Positions 45,828 to 55,932 of a DNA stretch of 64,000 nt are shown piece after piece. A model generated the notes under the pieces. That model did no database searches. It was not told the DNA's origin and saw nothing but the letters and a program-made list of their open reading frames with translations. Position 1 is the stretch's first letter. Every line of letters begins with the position of its first letter. A program made the translations under genes and the position numbers. The DNA comes from a virus (Duplodnaviria; Caudoviricetes). The stretch is from the IMG/VR virus record IMGVR_UViG_3300042558_004043. One strand, 5' to 3'.

Positions 45828-48011
45828 TCAAGGCCATTGTGTTACTGTGAATGTTGAACTAGGTCCTGGATATGGAAATATATGTGAATACGGTCCTGGA
45901 GATATATTAGAGTCTAAATAAGTCGCACTAATTACTCTAATTGTAAAAGTTAAAGGTAAATTTTGAGATATTTGTTGATAATTAGTTACACTAAAAAACC
46001 AATTTGCGATAATTTCATCTTCTGATGATATAAAAGTTTGAGAATTTAGATAATTAGTATTAATTATCCCAACTACTCCACTAGAATTGGCGCTAAAAAT
46101 TACACTACTGGTGACAGGTGAAAAAATAATATTGTTGTTATCACCTGTCGACAGTTCTAAAACTACCTTACTTATACTAAAATTTGAATGATTTAAAAGA
46201 CTAACTCTCCACGATACTCCATATTGTGATAAAGTAGACCATGAAGAAAAATTAGAAGCATAAGGACCAAATAGGTTAATATCGATATTTAAAGGAAAAT
46301 TAGAAAAATCATTTGATATCTCAATTATTGAGCTGTCTTGAGCATATCCGTAAGAACCAATATTTACAAGTTCGTCCCATATTTGGGCTTTTGCAAAAAT
46401 TGTTTTATTACCTATAGGATAGTTTAAAGGTAATAAAATTCTGCTAATATTTAGCATGATTTCAGATATTCCGCTATAAGTATACTCATTAAGTAAAATA
46501 CATGATTGGGAATTAAACCACATTGAATCACATAAATAAAATTGGATTGTTAGATATTCAGTACCTAATATTAAGTTAGTATCTAAAAATGTTGTTGTGG
46601 TTTCGATGTTAACAAAGTCGCCTAATATAGTATTTCCTGATATATTTGTAATTTCAATTGAAATCGGTTCGTTATTAATCCAATTATAATCTTCTTGAGG
46701 TAATAAATCTATCGCTCCTTGAACTGCCGCTTCATGGTCAACAATTCCATAACCTAATTCATTATTATAACCATTTTCATCAAAAACATAACCTTCGGTT
46801 CCTGCAGTTTTTCTCGCAGTTTCTGATAATATATTTATGACTTGAGTTGAGGTTAAATTTGGATTTACATATATCATTGTGGCTGCAACTGTACCCAAAA
46901 TAGGAGTAGAACTCGATGTTCCATCGGCAATCAATAAATTCTGATGTGTATATAACGTATCTTTCCATTTTCTAGACATTGTAACTGGGTGTATGTTAGG
47001 AAATGGTAAACTACTACCCCATCTACCCCTAACACTCAAACTCATTATATTTTCACCTGGAGCACACATAAATAAACCAGGACCCCACTGAGAAAATCCG
47101 GATTTATTATTCAGAGCATTACTAGCGCCTATACCGTATACATTTGGATGAAAATTTATAGGCATCACCGAATCCATCCCATAATTTCCGGTACCACTAA
47201 AAAATGATATACCTTTACCATTTCTTCCGTTTTCTGTAACATAAGTAATTACGTCACCTGCTAAACCTGTATAAATCGACTCGGAACTATAGTATACTTG
47301 ATTTGTAATTGCAACACACTTAGGATTATTGAATACCGCATACAACATCTCAATAAACATAAACTGGGAGGAACCAAAACCTCCACTTTGTAAATCGTAA
47401 GTGATTTCACTACAATACATTTGTCTGTTAGTTACCACTTGAACTTTAACCTTATCTTTACCAGCTGACAGCATTAAATCGTTGTTGGAATTTCTTGCGG
47501 CAACAAGACCGGCAACTCCGGTTCCGTGGTATGGAATATCACCAAAAATATCTCCGCAATTGACAAGCTCACTAAATTTAACATCGTAGTCATTAGGAGA
47601 AATGTCAGAACTAAAAAGTGAAAGTACATTTACGCTATAATCACTTATTTTACCAATTAGTTCAGGATGACCAACATCTACTAAAGTATCAAAAATTGCA
47701 ACCTCTACAGGTTCATTATCAGGAAATTGATTCATCAAGTCCCAGGCTTCTCTAGAGTTTATATTTTGTAAATACCAATGATAAGGATGGTCATAAGTAA
47801 ATTCATAAGTATTTGATACTTCTGTTAATATATCTAATTCTGAAGTTTCCACAAATGATAATGTATCAATTTTGTTTTTAAAATCATTTATATTTTCATT
47901 AATAGGAATTTCGACAACTATTAAATCAAATTCATCGTATTCTCTTTTTACGTTGATTTTATTATTGGCACAGTAATTTAAAAAATCTAAATAGTTTTTT
48001 TCTGAATTCAT
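45828..48011 (-). CDS. S8 (subtilisin-like) serine protease, paralog 2
   Basis: AIFDT (D), YHGTGVAG (H), GTGN (oxyanion N), DGTSSSTP (S); N-terminal propeptide; beta-rich C-terminus. Confidence 0.88.
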   Translation of the reverse strand: MNSEKNYLDFLNYCANNKINVKREYDEFDLIVVEIPINENINDFKNKIDTLSFVETSELDILTEVSNTYEFTYDHPYHWYLQNINSREAWDLMNQFPDNEPVEVAIFDTLVDVGHPELIGKISDYSVNVLSLFSSDISPNDYDVKFSELVNCGDIFGDIPYHGTGVAGLVAARNSNNDLMLSAGKDKVKVQVVTNRQMYCSEITYDLQSGGFGSSQFMFIEMLYAVFNNPKCVAITNQVYYSSESIYTGLAGDVITYVTENGRNGKGISFFSGTGNYGMDSVMPINFHPNVYGIGASNALNNKSGFSQWGPGLFMCAPGENIMSLSVRGRWGSSLPFPNIHPVTMSRKWKDTLYTHQNLLIADGTSSSTPILGTVAATMIYVNPNLTSTQVINILSETARKTAGTEGYVFDENGYNNELGYGIVDHEAAVQGAIDLLPQEDYNWINNEPISIEITNISGNTILGDFVNIETTTTFLDTNLILGTEYLTIQFYLCDSMWFNSQSCILLNEYTYSGISEIMLNISRILLPLNYPIGNKTIFAKAQIWDELVNIGSYGYAQDSSIIEISNDFSNFPLNIDINLFGPYASNFSSWSTLSQYGVSWRVSLLNHSNFSISKVVLELSTGDNNNIIFSPVTSSVIFSANSSGVVGIINTNYLNSQTFISSEDEIIANWFFSVTNYQQISQNLPLTFTIRVISATYLDSNISPGPYSHIFPYPGPSSTFTVTQWP

Positions 48012-48013
48012 CT

Positions 48014-48382
48014 TTATATAACTATTACTCCTTTTATGTTATTACCTAACGGTTCTGTTAACGTGTGAGTCAACGTAAGTGGTTGTGTTTGAGGTGTCGG
48101 GCTTGGTGTGGGAGTCGGGCTTGGTGTGGGAGTCGGGCTTGGTGTGGGAGTCAAACTAACACTATTAGATATTTTAACTATAAGAAAACTTGTTGGAATT
48201 TCATTTGGGTTATCCGTTTCTATTATTCTTGAAACTCTAGAACCAACTCGTTTGGTAACACCTTCTTTATAAACAATTATTTTTAAAGGAGGATAAACTT
48301 TTAAAATGGTATCTTCTTTTTGACCTCTGGCTAATTCTCTTTTAAATGAGGTTGACGTTCTGTGAAAAACTATTTGATTCAT
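48014..48382 (-). CDS. Small protein with Thr-Pro-Ser repeat, between the proteases
   Basis: PTPSPT repeats. Confidence 0.7.
   Translation of the reverse strand: MNQIVFHRTSTSFKRELARGQKEDTILKVYPPLKIIVYKEGVTKRVGSRVSRIIETDNPNEIPTSFLIVKISNSVSLTPTPSPTPTPSPTPTPSPTPQTQPLTLTHTLTEPLGNNIKGVIVI
48099..48152. repeat. Tandem 18 bp repeat x3 (GGGCTTGGTGTGGGAGTC)
   Basis: Exact copies; encodes TPTPSP on the minus strand. Confidence 0.9.
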
Positions 48383-48412
48383 ATTATTTAAATTTTATTT
48401 TATTTTATTTTA

Positions 48413-50536
48413 TTACGGCCAATCAGTCACATACAAGGTAGTTGTACGTTCTCCATTTTGGAATGTTCGTGCCCCTTCACCTTCGAACCATGTAAAAAAT
48501 ATTGTGTCCACGTTAATTGTTATATTTGAAGGTAATGAATTTATTATAGGGGTAGGGTCAACTCCAAAGGACCAATAGAAAATTTGGCTTTCTGATTGTT
48601 CTAAATAAAAAGTTGTACTTAAGTCTATTGGGGGTTGGAAAGTTTCGAAAAATTGATAAGTTGTGGAATAATCTTCATTATTAACTGATAATGATAATAC
48701 GGCTCTGAGCAATGGCATATCCCCCGTATTAGTTAGTTTAATTTTCATAGCATAACCCAAAGGTTGTGTAGTTTGAAAATAAGGAGTACTTGGAACTACC
48801 TCTAAAAACTCTATTTGAATATCAGGACTTTGGTCATCTATCGGTGAAATGTGAGATATCGTCAAGGGTATCTCGTCATAAACGAAACCATTTGTAATCT
48901 CAACAAAATTAGCATCAAATATACTTGATTGTGCTCGTAAAGTTGAGGAATTAACTGTATCAGGAAGATTCGGTACCTGTATCCAATGAGAGTTTTCATT
49001 GAATTCAGTTAACTGAGACCCGTCGTATGTTTGCTCAAATAAAATTGGGTCTTGCGGAGTAAAAATTCCGTCCCACGAAATTGAAATCTTTATTACCAAA
49101 TATTCTACTGAACTTAATATTAAAGGATTAATTTGAGTCATGGTCTCAATCTGAAACCATTCCACTTCATTAGCACTTTCCTGTGATTGGGTAATTGTAA
49201 TTCCTATCTCCTCATCACCTAACTCCCAATTGGACGGTCTAGCGTCTATTGCGGCTTGAATCGCGGCTTCATGGTCTATTATCCCATAACCTAATTCAAT
49301 ATTGTATCCATTTCCATCGAAAACATATCCTTCAGTTCCAGATGTTTTTCTTGCTGTTTCCGATAAAATACTTATGACTTGAGTTTTTGTTAATCTTGGA
49401 TTTACATAAATCATTGTTGCTGCAACCGCAGCAACAATAGGTGTCGAACTCGACGTTCCGTTGGTTATTAACAAATTTCGAGCTGTATTTACGTAATCTT
49501 TTTTATTTCTGGGTTTTACTGTACCAAAATTCGGAGATGGTAAACTAGCCCCCCATATACCTCGGACACTTAAGGTCATTATGTTTTCACCAGGAGCACA
49601 AATGAATAGTCCATCTCCATAATTTGAAAATCCGGCTCTATTATCTAAAGCATTACTTGCTCCAACACAAAAAACATTAGGTTCACTACAAAATTGGTTA
49701 AGAGTTGATAACGATTGGTTGCCAGAACTAGCAAAAATTGGTATACCCCTTCCACTTCTTCCATTTTCAGCAACATAGTCAATCAAATAATTCATTATGA
49801 TATTTGGAGGTGGGAAAGTTTTTTGTAGTGTTATTACAACACATTTTATATTATTAAATGCGGCAAACAATTGTTCTATAAAGGCCCAACTTGAATTATA
49901 ATTAGGGATTAAAATATTATTATAACATGTCATGTAACTTTCAGTCAATACTTGTATTTTAACTTTGTCATTAGATGCCGATAACATCATATCATTATTA
50001 GAATTTCTCGCGGCTAATAATCCAGCACAACCTGTACCATGGTATATGTTTGAACATCCTGTATTACATGCATCTAAACCGCATTCCGCCAAAATACCAA
50101 AATCAACATAATAATCATCAGGACCTATGTCCGAAGAATAAAACGAAAGTACATTAATACTAGAATCACTTATTTTACCAATTAACTCAGGATGACTAAT
50201 ATCTACTAATGTATCAATCATTGCAACCTCAACAGGTTCATTATCAGGAAATTGATTCATCAAATCCCAAGCCTCCATAGATTTTATATTTTGTAAATAC
50301 CAATGATAAGGATGGTCATAGGTAAATTCATAAGTGTATTCGGTCTCGAATAACAAGTCTAATTCTGAAGTTTCAACAAATGATAATGAATCAACTTTAT
50401 CTTTGAAATCATTTATATTTTCATTAATAGGTACCTCAACAATTATTAAATCAAATTCATCAAATTCCCTTAATATCTTAACTTTATTTTGAATACAAAA
50501 ATTCAAAAATCCTAAATAATTTTCTATTGATTTCAT
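48413..50536 (-). CDS. S8 (subtilisin-like) serine protease, paralog 1
   Basis: AMIDT, YHGTGCAG, ASSGN and NGTSSSTP motifs; N-terminal part closely similar to 45828..48011. Confidence 0.88.
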   Translation of the reverse strand: MKSIENYLGFLNFCIQNKVKILREFDEFDLIIVEVPINENINDFKDKVDSLSFVETSELDLLFETEYTYEFTYDHPYHWYLQNIKSMEAWDLMNQFPDNEPVEVAMIDTLVDISHPELIGKISDSSINVLSFYSSDIGPDDYYVDFGILAECGLDACNTGCSNIYHGTGCAGLLAARNSNNDMMLSASNDKVKIQVLTESYMTCYNNILIPNYNSSWAFIEQLFAAFNNIKCVVITLQKTFPPPNIIMNYLIDYVAENGRSGRGIPIFASSGNQSLSTLNQFCSEPNVFCVGASNALDNRAGFSNYGDGLFICAPGENIMTLSVRGIWGASLPSPNFGTVKPRNKKDYVNTARNLLITNGTSSSTPIVAAVAATMIYVNPRLTKTQVISILSETARKTSGTEGYVFDGNGYNIELGYGIIDHEAAIQAAIDARPSNWELGDEEIGITITQSQESANEVEWFQIETMTQINPLILSSVEYLVIKISISWDGIFTPQDPILFEQTYDGSQLTEFNENSHWIQVPNLPDTVNSSTLRAQSSIFDANFVEITNGFVYDEIPLTISHISPIDDQSPDIQIEFLEVVPSTPYFQTTQPLGYAMKIKLTNTGDMPLLRAVLSLSVNNEDYSTTYQFFETFQPPIDLSTTFYLEQSESQIFYWSFGVDPTPIINSLPSNITINVDTIFFTWFEGEGARTFQNGERTTTLYVTDWP

Positions 50537-50588
50537 TTTTTTTATTTGTTTTTAAATAAATATTAAGATATACATGTATATATATTAT

Positions 50589-50849
50589 ATGAAAAAAGAT
50601 TATCTTAAGTTATTAAAAAACATAACAGAAACGGAAACATTAGAACAACTTAAAGAAGTAGTTTCTAAGGTTAACAATTTTGTAAAAGAAAACAAATTAA
50701 AACCAAGTAGTGACGAATTTCAAAAAATGGAGAAATTCATTAAAATAGTTTTATTAAAATTGAAAACTAAAGAAAGACAACAATCCGAAAGTAAAACTAA
50801 CAGAACTATTATAATAACTGAAGAACAATATAACAGATTGTTTACTTAG
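50589..50849 (+). CDS. Hypothetical protein with a leader-like motif at its C-terminus (IIITEEQYNRL)
   Basis: ORF. Confidence 0.7.
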   Translation: MKKDYLKLLKNITETETLEQLKEVVSKVNNFVKENKLKPSSDEFQKMEKFIKIVLLKLKTKERQQSESKTNRTIIITEEQYNRLFT

Positions 50850-51045
50850 TTGTTTTAGGTTTTCTACCTCTTTTCTTTTTTTCATAGACAGGTGTTGGAG
50901 TTGGAGTAGTTGTTGATATTTCGGTAAATTCAAAAGGTTCATCCTCGTTTTCAATATCCCTTTTTTTAATTAAGTCAGCTGTTAGTTTGGATAATAAAAA
51001 AGAAATTACCGCACTTATTAAAAATACAATTATTACCGTTACCAT
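50842..51045 (-). CDS. Small membrane-anchored protein
   Basis: N-terminal TM segment, TP repeat, KKKRGRKPK tail. Confidence 0.65.
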   Translation of the reverse strand: MVTVIIVFLISAVISFLLSKLTADLIKKRDIENEDEPFEFTEISTTTPTPTPVYEKKKRGRKPKTTK

Positions 51046-51070
51046 GATTATTTTATATATAAATATAACA

Positions 51071-51094
51071 AAAAACCCCTTTTCAGGGGTTTTT
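51071..51094. terminator. Intrinsic terminator
   Basis: A5-CCCCT-TTTC-AGGGG-T5. Confidence 0.8.
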
Positions 51095-51115
51095 ATATAA
51101 AATATCATAATAAAT

Positions 51116-51370
51116 TTAGACTATACCGTAAACCTGTTGGTATCCCTTCCCAAGTAGTTGTTTAGCCTTATCTATGGCTTGTTCTTTTAATTTTAATCCT
51201 TTTTGAACCAATTTTTTGGAGTGGTAAATGTTAAATTCAGTTCCTGATACTTCAGGTTTAGCCTGCTTCTTCGCACCATCTTTTTTTGGTCGGTACGAGT
51301 CTTTCGCATAAATGTCATAAAATCCGATTTTGGTTACATAACGACCTTTTGAATTACCTTTTGTTGCCAT
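51116..51370 (-). CDS. Small basic protein
   Basis: 84 aa, Lys-rich; TAnnTTTG upstream. Confidence 0.75.
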   Translation of the reverse strand: MATKGNSKGRYVTKIGFYDIYAKDSYRPKKDGAKKQAKPEVSGTEFNIYHSKKLVQKGLKLKEQAIDKAKQLLGKGYQQVYGIV

Positions 51371-51507
51371 TTTTATTAATTTTTTTTGTTATACTTGATT
51401 ACACCACAAATATAGACAATAAAATGAATGAAAAAAGAAATTTAGTAAAATTTTTTATTGTTTAAATTTTTGACATAATGATTTTTTTTATTTAGATTTA
51501 TCAAACT

Positions 51508-52026
51508 ATGAAAATAATAAACAAATTTAAAAACATACACTTCCTTTGGTTAGTTGGTGTAATATGTTTCCTAACCTTTTATGTACCTGTAAGATACTTT
51601 ACAACTTATGTTGATTATGTACCTGAGTGGACCTTACTCATTTTCATATTCTGCACAATGATGCCATTATGGTTTCACGAGTTTCTTTGGAGAACATCAA
51701 GGGTTGGGTCGGATGAATATAATGGGTTCCACGAATTACATTTTGAAGACAAAAAATGGAAAACACTAACCTGTAATCCTTTTTACTTCCTTAGAAAATA
51801 TTTTAAATGGCAGAGAAGAAGAATCATATTTTGGACTGCTAGTTTATTATTAATAATTTCTTTATGTTTTGGATATATTGCCGGTCTTGAAGAGTTTGGG
51901 TTTCATCCATTTACTCCTTTCTATGTTATGAATTCAATTTGGTGGGTCGGAATCATAAAGGATTATGTTGTTTTTAAAAATGATGCAAGAGAAGGTCTTA
52001 TAAATTATAAATTACCCAATTTTTAA
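51508..52026 (+). CDS. Membrane protein
   Basis: Four hydrophobic segments; TTGACA upstream. Confidence 0.75.
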   Translation: MKIINKFKNIHFLWLVGVICFLTFYVPVRYFTTYVDYVPEWTLLIFIFCTMMPLWFHEFLWRTSRVGSDEYNGFHELHFEDKKWKTLTCNPFYFLRKYFKWQRRRIIFWTASLLLIISLCFGYIAGLEEFGFHPFTPFYVMNSIWWVGIIKDYVVFKNDAREGLINYKLPNF

Positions 52027-52027
52027 A

Positions 52028-53836
52028 ATGAAAAAAATATTATTACCGTTTTTATTGTCTTTAATCTTTTTAAGTTCTCATTCCCAATGCTCGGGTGATG
52101 TAACTTTTACTTTGGATACTCCACCTGCGGCTGACCTTACATATCCGCCTAATACCGTTGTTGAGTTATGTGTTACAATGACAAATTGGAATGGAAATGC
52201 TCAAGGTTCTAATTGGCTCGAGGGATTTGGATTAGCTCTTGGAACAGGATGGATTAACGTTACTCCTGTGACACCACCTAATGATGCGGATAATGATGCA
52301 AGCGGAACTTGGATTTGGGTTAATACTGTCACATCCGATGCCACGGGCCTTACTGCGGGTCCAGGTTATTTCTTCGAGGGGCCATCAGGAACTATAGACG
52401 GAAATCCTGGAAATGATTGGGGTGACTATTGTATGAATGGTGATTGCGTGTGGGAATTTTGTGTATCTATGACCGCATCGGGTATTAGTGCCGACCCTCT
52501 CGATATTGAAGTAACTCCATATTCTGATGGAACTATGGGGAGTTGGGGAACCGAAATGTGTTTTGACCCTCCTGTATCTATTTTTGACGGTGAGGTTGGT
52601 TGCACGGTATATGGATGTACTAATCCAATTGCTTGTAACTATAACCCAAACGCGGGTTGTGATGACGGAAGTTGTAACTTGCCTGGATGTACTGACCCTA
52701 TCGCTTGTAACTATGATTTAAATGCCGATTGTGATGACGGTAGTTGTACATACCCTGGTTGTACTGACCCACTCGCTTGTAACTTTGTTGCAACAGCGGG
52801 ATGTGATGATGGAAGCTGTGATTATTTTAGTATGAGTGATATTACTCACAACTTCATTCCGTGTCCTGATACAACCTGTACTGGTTCAGAGGTAATGTAT
52901 TCTGTTAATGGAGATGAGACTTCAATTTACGATTGGCACATTACCGGAGGTGGGCTTGTAACCACTGACCAAACTTTTAGTTGTGAAATAATTTGGGGTA
53001 ACATACCTGGAACTTATACAATAACAGTTCAGGAGATAACAGAGAGAGGTTGTGTTGGTGATATTAAAACTTGTGATGTTGAGGTTATTATTCCCGATAT
53101 TACATTTGATGAAACTGAATATACAATTTGTTTAAACGGTAGTTTGGATATGACTGCGTCTCCTCCTGGTGGAAGTTGGTCTTCTGAATTTATGAATCTC
53201 AATACATTTATCGGAACAAAACCTGGAACATATTATCCGTCATATATCAAAAACATTCACGGATGTGATATTAGTGAATCAGTTAAAGTAAAAGTTAAAT
53301 CAAAATACGACGCTCCACCAATCACTTTCGCATCTGAATATATTGACCTATGTTTAGAATCAGGTGAGGCTTATTATCTAACACCTGACTCACTAAACTA
53401 CACATACAGTTGGTTTATTGAAAACGCAAAACAACCTGAATCGAGTAATCAATTATTCACTCAATGGCCTGATACATCTCGTGTCTATCTAATTAAAGTA
53501 ATTGGTTATGATGAAATTGGATGTGAGAGTGAGCCGAGTTTAATGTCAATCAAAGTTGAGTCTTGTCAAAGATTCTTCGCACCAAATTCCTTTACTCCAA
53601 ATGGGGATGGGACAAATGATATATTTGAACTGCGAGGTATGTCAGTTTACCAACCGACACTTAAAATATTTGATAGGTGGGGTAATGTGGTTTATCAGTC
53701 AAACAATTTATGGTGGACCGGAGATTGTGGAACTGGTTACTATTGTAACACAGATGTTTATAATTGGTTAATTGAATACCGTGATAAGGACGGATTTAAT
53801 AAAGAAGAAAGAGGTTTTGTAACACTTGTAAGATAA
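52028..53836 (+). CDS. Secreted Cys-rich protein with T9SS type B (gliding motility-associated, CHU_C) sorting domain
   Basis: Signal ending HS/Q; three GCTDP.ACN....CDDGSC repeats; C-terminal PNSFTPNGDGTND...IFDRWG...W.G...G.VTLVR. Confidence 0.9.
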   Translation: MKKILLPFLLSLIFLSSHSQCSGDVTFTLDTPPAADLTYPPNTVVELCVTMTNWNGNAQGSNWLEGFGLALGTGWINVTPVTPPNDADNDASGTWIWVNTVTSDATGLTAGPGYFFEGPSGTIDGNPGNDWGDYCMNGDCVWEFCVSMTASGISADPLDIEVTPYSDGTMGSWGTEMCFDPPVSIFDGEVGCTVYGCTNPIACNYNPNAGCDDGSCNLPGCTDPIACNYDLNADCDDGSCTYPGCTDPLACNFVATAGCDDGSCDYFSMSDITHNFIPCPDTTCTGSEVMYSVNGDETSIYDWHITGGGLVTTDQTFSCEIIWGNIPGTYTITVQEITERGCVGDIKTCDVEVIIPDITFDETEYTICLNGSLDMTASPPGGSWSSEFMNLNTFIGTKPGTYYPSYIKNIHGCDISESVKVKVKSKYDAPPITFASEYIDLCLESGEAYYLTPDSLNYTYSWFIENAKQPESSNQLFTQWPDTSRVYLIKVIGYDEIGCESEPSLMSIKVESCQRFFAPNSFTPNGDGTNDIFELRGMSVYQPTLKIFDRWGNVVYQSNNLWWTGDCGTGYYCNTDVYNWLIEYRDKDGFNKEERGFVTLVR

Positions 53837-54093
53837 TGTACGGTAGAAAAGTTATGTTAAGATTATTTTGGACGATTATTGTTATATTTTCATTATGTAT
53901 TATGACATTAATGCTTGGTTGTTCTGGAAGACAAAAACAAAAAGAAGTGGGTGTTTATAATGTGGATACTTTACCACATATCAATTACTCCATTTACATT
54001 ATAGATAGTTGTGAGTATGTAATTTTTTATGGGGGTAGTTCGACTTGGGGAAGTCATAAAGGAAATTGTAATAATCCAAAACATGTTCATTAA
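53836..54093 (+). CDS. Small putative lipoprotein
   Basis: MLGC lipobox; IDSCEY...HKGNC.NP.H. Confidence 0.7.
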   Translation: MYGRKVMLRLFWTIIVIFSLCIMTLMLGCSGRQKQKEVGVYNVDTLPHINYSIYIIDSCEYVIFYGGSSTWGSHKGNCNNPKHVH

Positions 54094-54844
54094 AAATACA
54101 ACGCCATATGTTGGCAGGTTAAAATTTAAATTTGAAAAATACCCGCACTACACAGGTGGTGGTAGTGGTGTTTTAAATAAAGTTCACCTTGATTTGGGAT
54201 TCACCAAGTTGGTTAGTCGAATGATTCCATATCGTAACGAAGATAAATGGGTTATTAATAGTCAGGCCACCAAACTTATAACCAAATATACTGGTGGAAA
54301 AATTGGAACTCACACATTTGGAAAAGATGGTGAAGATGTTCTTGTTAATTCATTTCTTGCAAATGACGGAACCTATATTGGTGATATAGAAAGTGGTTGG
54401 TGGTATTATAACAACAAATTTTATGTTTGCAAGGAATACCCACGAGGAGTTGCTATTAAGTTAAAAACTTATAGTCCTGTAATTAGATTGGTAAATAGTA
54501 TTGAAGATACTTATGAAAATTTTATCACGGAACAGATTGAGAACGATAATGTTGAAGGGTATTATGGTTATACACATCGCGGAGGCACATTGTTTAAGAT
54601 AGGTGACAGAGTGTTTGACAATTACTATCTTCCGGCCGCAAGTGATTATACTGAAGAAGAATGGAATGACTTTAATTTAAAATTCCAAAAATCTATAAAA
54701 AATGCCGATGAGGTAGATATGAAATATATCTATAATGAAGGAATCAAATCAGTTATTCCATTTAACAAAAGAGGGAAAAAAGTTATTAAGACTTGGAAAG
54801 AGGCTAGAGAAGCTGCAATTGCCTTATCAAAACATTTGGGTTAA
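54083..54844 (+). CDS. Hypothetical protein
   Basis: Start moved to MFIKNT; GYYGYTHRGG motif. Confidence 0.75.
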   Translation: MFIKNTTPYVGRLKFKFEKYPHYTGGGSGVLNKVHLDLGFTKLVSRMIPYRNEDKWVINSQATKLITKYTGGKIGTHTFGKDGEDVLVNSFLANDGTYIGDIESGWWYYNNKFYVCKEYPRGVAIKLKTYSPVIRLVNSIEDTYENFITEQIENDNVEGYYGYTHRGGTLFKIGDRVFDNYYLPAASDYTEEEWNDFNLKFQKSIKNADEVDMKYIYNEGIKSVIPFNKRGKKVIKTWKEAREAAIALSKHLG

Positions 54845-54870
54845 TTTAAAGTATTTCGTATCTTTGCGGT

Positions 54871-55932
54871 GTGAATGAAATATTAAACAAATATTACGAC
54901 GAGCATTTGATGTATAAACAAGTACATCCCACTCTTCCACTTACCATATGGAACTATTCTGAAAAGGTCCAGTATGATTCGCTATGGAATGATATAACCC
55001 TGCAAACTCGCGGACTTGTTACAGACAATAAAGGAAATATAGTCGCCAGACCATTCAAGAAGTTCTTTAACGATTCAGAAAAGAAACACACCCCAACTCC
55101 TGACTTTGATGTATACGATAAGTTAGATGGTAGTCTTGGAATTTTGTTCCACTATGAAGGTGAATGGGTTCTTGCGACTCGCGGGTCATTCACCTCTGAC
55201 CAAGCGGTAAAAGGATTTGAGATGTTACAAAAGTATGATTATCAAAAACTCCATAAAGATTATACTTATTTGTTTGAAATAATTTTCAAAGAAAACCGGA
55301 TAGTGGTTCAATACCCATACGAAGATTTGATACTACTTGGAATGATACATACCAAAACCGGTTATGAAGTTGATTTATATGGTGAAGGTAATGACGTTAG
55401 ATTGAAGAACTTAATCAATAACCTTAAATTCAAAGTTGTTAAGAAGTATGACGGTATAAATGATTATTCTATCTTAAAGGGAAAGATAAAGGATGATGAA
55501 GAAGGTTTTGTTGTTAAGTTCTCAAATGGGGATAGAATTAAAATTAAGGGTGAGGAGTATTTAAGATTACATAAGATAATGACAAACGTATCAACAACTG
55601 CGGTGTGGGAGATGTTAAGTGAGGGTAGGGATGTTTTGGAGATAATCAAAGATGTCCCTGATGAGTTCTACAACAAAGTTAAAAGTTATGTTAGAGATTT
55701 AAAATATACTTATTTCTCTTTGAGTGAATATGCTGGAAAAACTCACGATGGGTTCCGGTATGGAAAGTTTGGTGATAAAGACCCCGAGCCAACCAAAAAA
55801 GAATTTGCTGAGTTTTTATCAATGAATAACTATAATCCTGTTATAAAAGCATTATGCTTCGCAATGTGGGACAAGAAGGATTATGATAAAATAATATGGA
55901 AACATATAAAACCTGAATTTAGAAAATTATGA
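54871..55932 (+). CDS. T4 Rnl1-like RNA ligase
   Basis: Motif I KLDGSLG; ATRGSF, FEII, EGFVV and IKIK motifs. Confidence 0.88.
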   Translation: MNEILNKYYDEHLMYKQVHPTLPLTIWNYSEKVQYDSLWNDITLQTRGLVTDNKGNIVARPFKKFFNDSEKKHTPTPDFDVYDKLDGSLGILFHYEGEWVLATRGSFTSDQAVKGFEMLQKYDYQKLHKDYTYLFEIIFKENRIVVQYPYEDLILLGMIHTKTGYEVDLYGEGNDVRLKNLINNLKFKVVKKYDGINDYSILKGKIKDDEEGFVVKFSNGDRIKIKGEEYLRLHKIMTNVSTTAVWEMLSEGRDVLEIIKDVPDEFYNKVKSYVRDLKYTYFSLSEYAGKTHDGFRYGKFGDKDPEPTKKEFAEFLSMNNYNPVIKALCFAMWDKKDYDKIIWKHIKPEFRKL

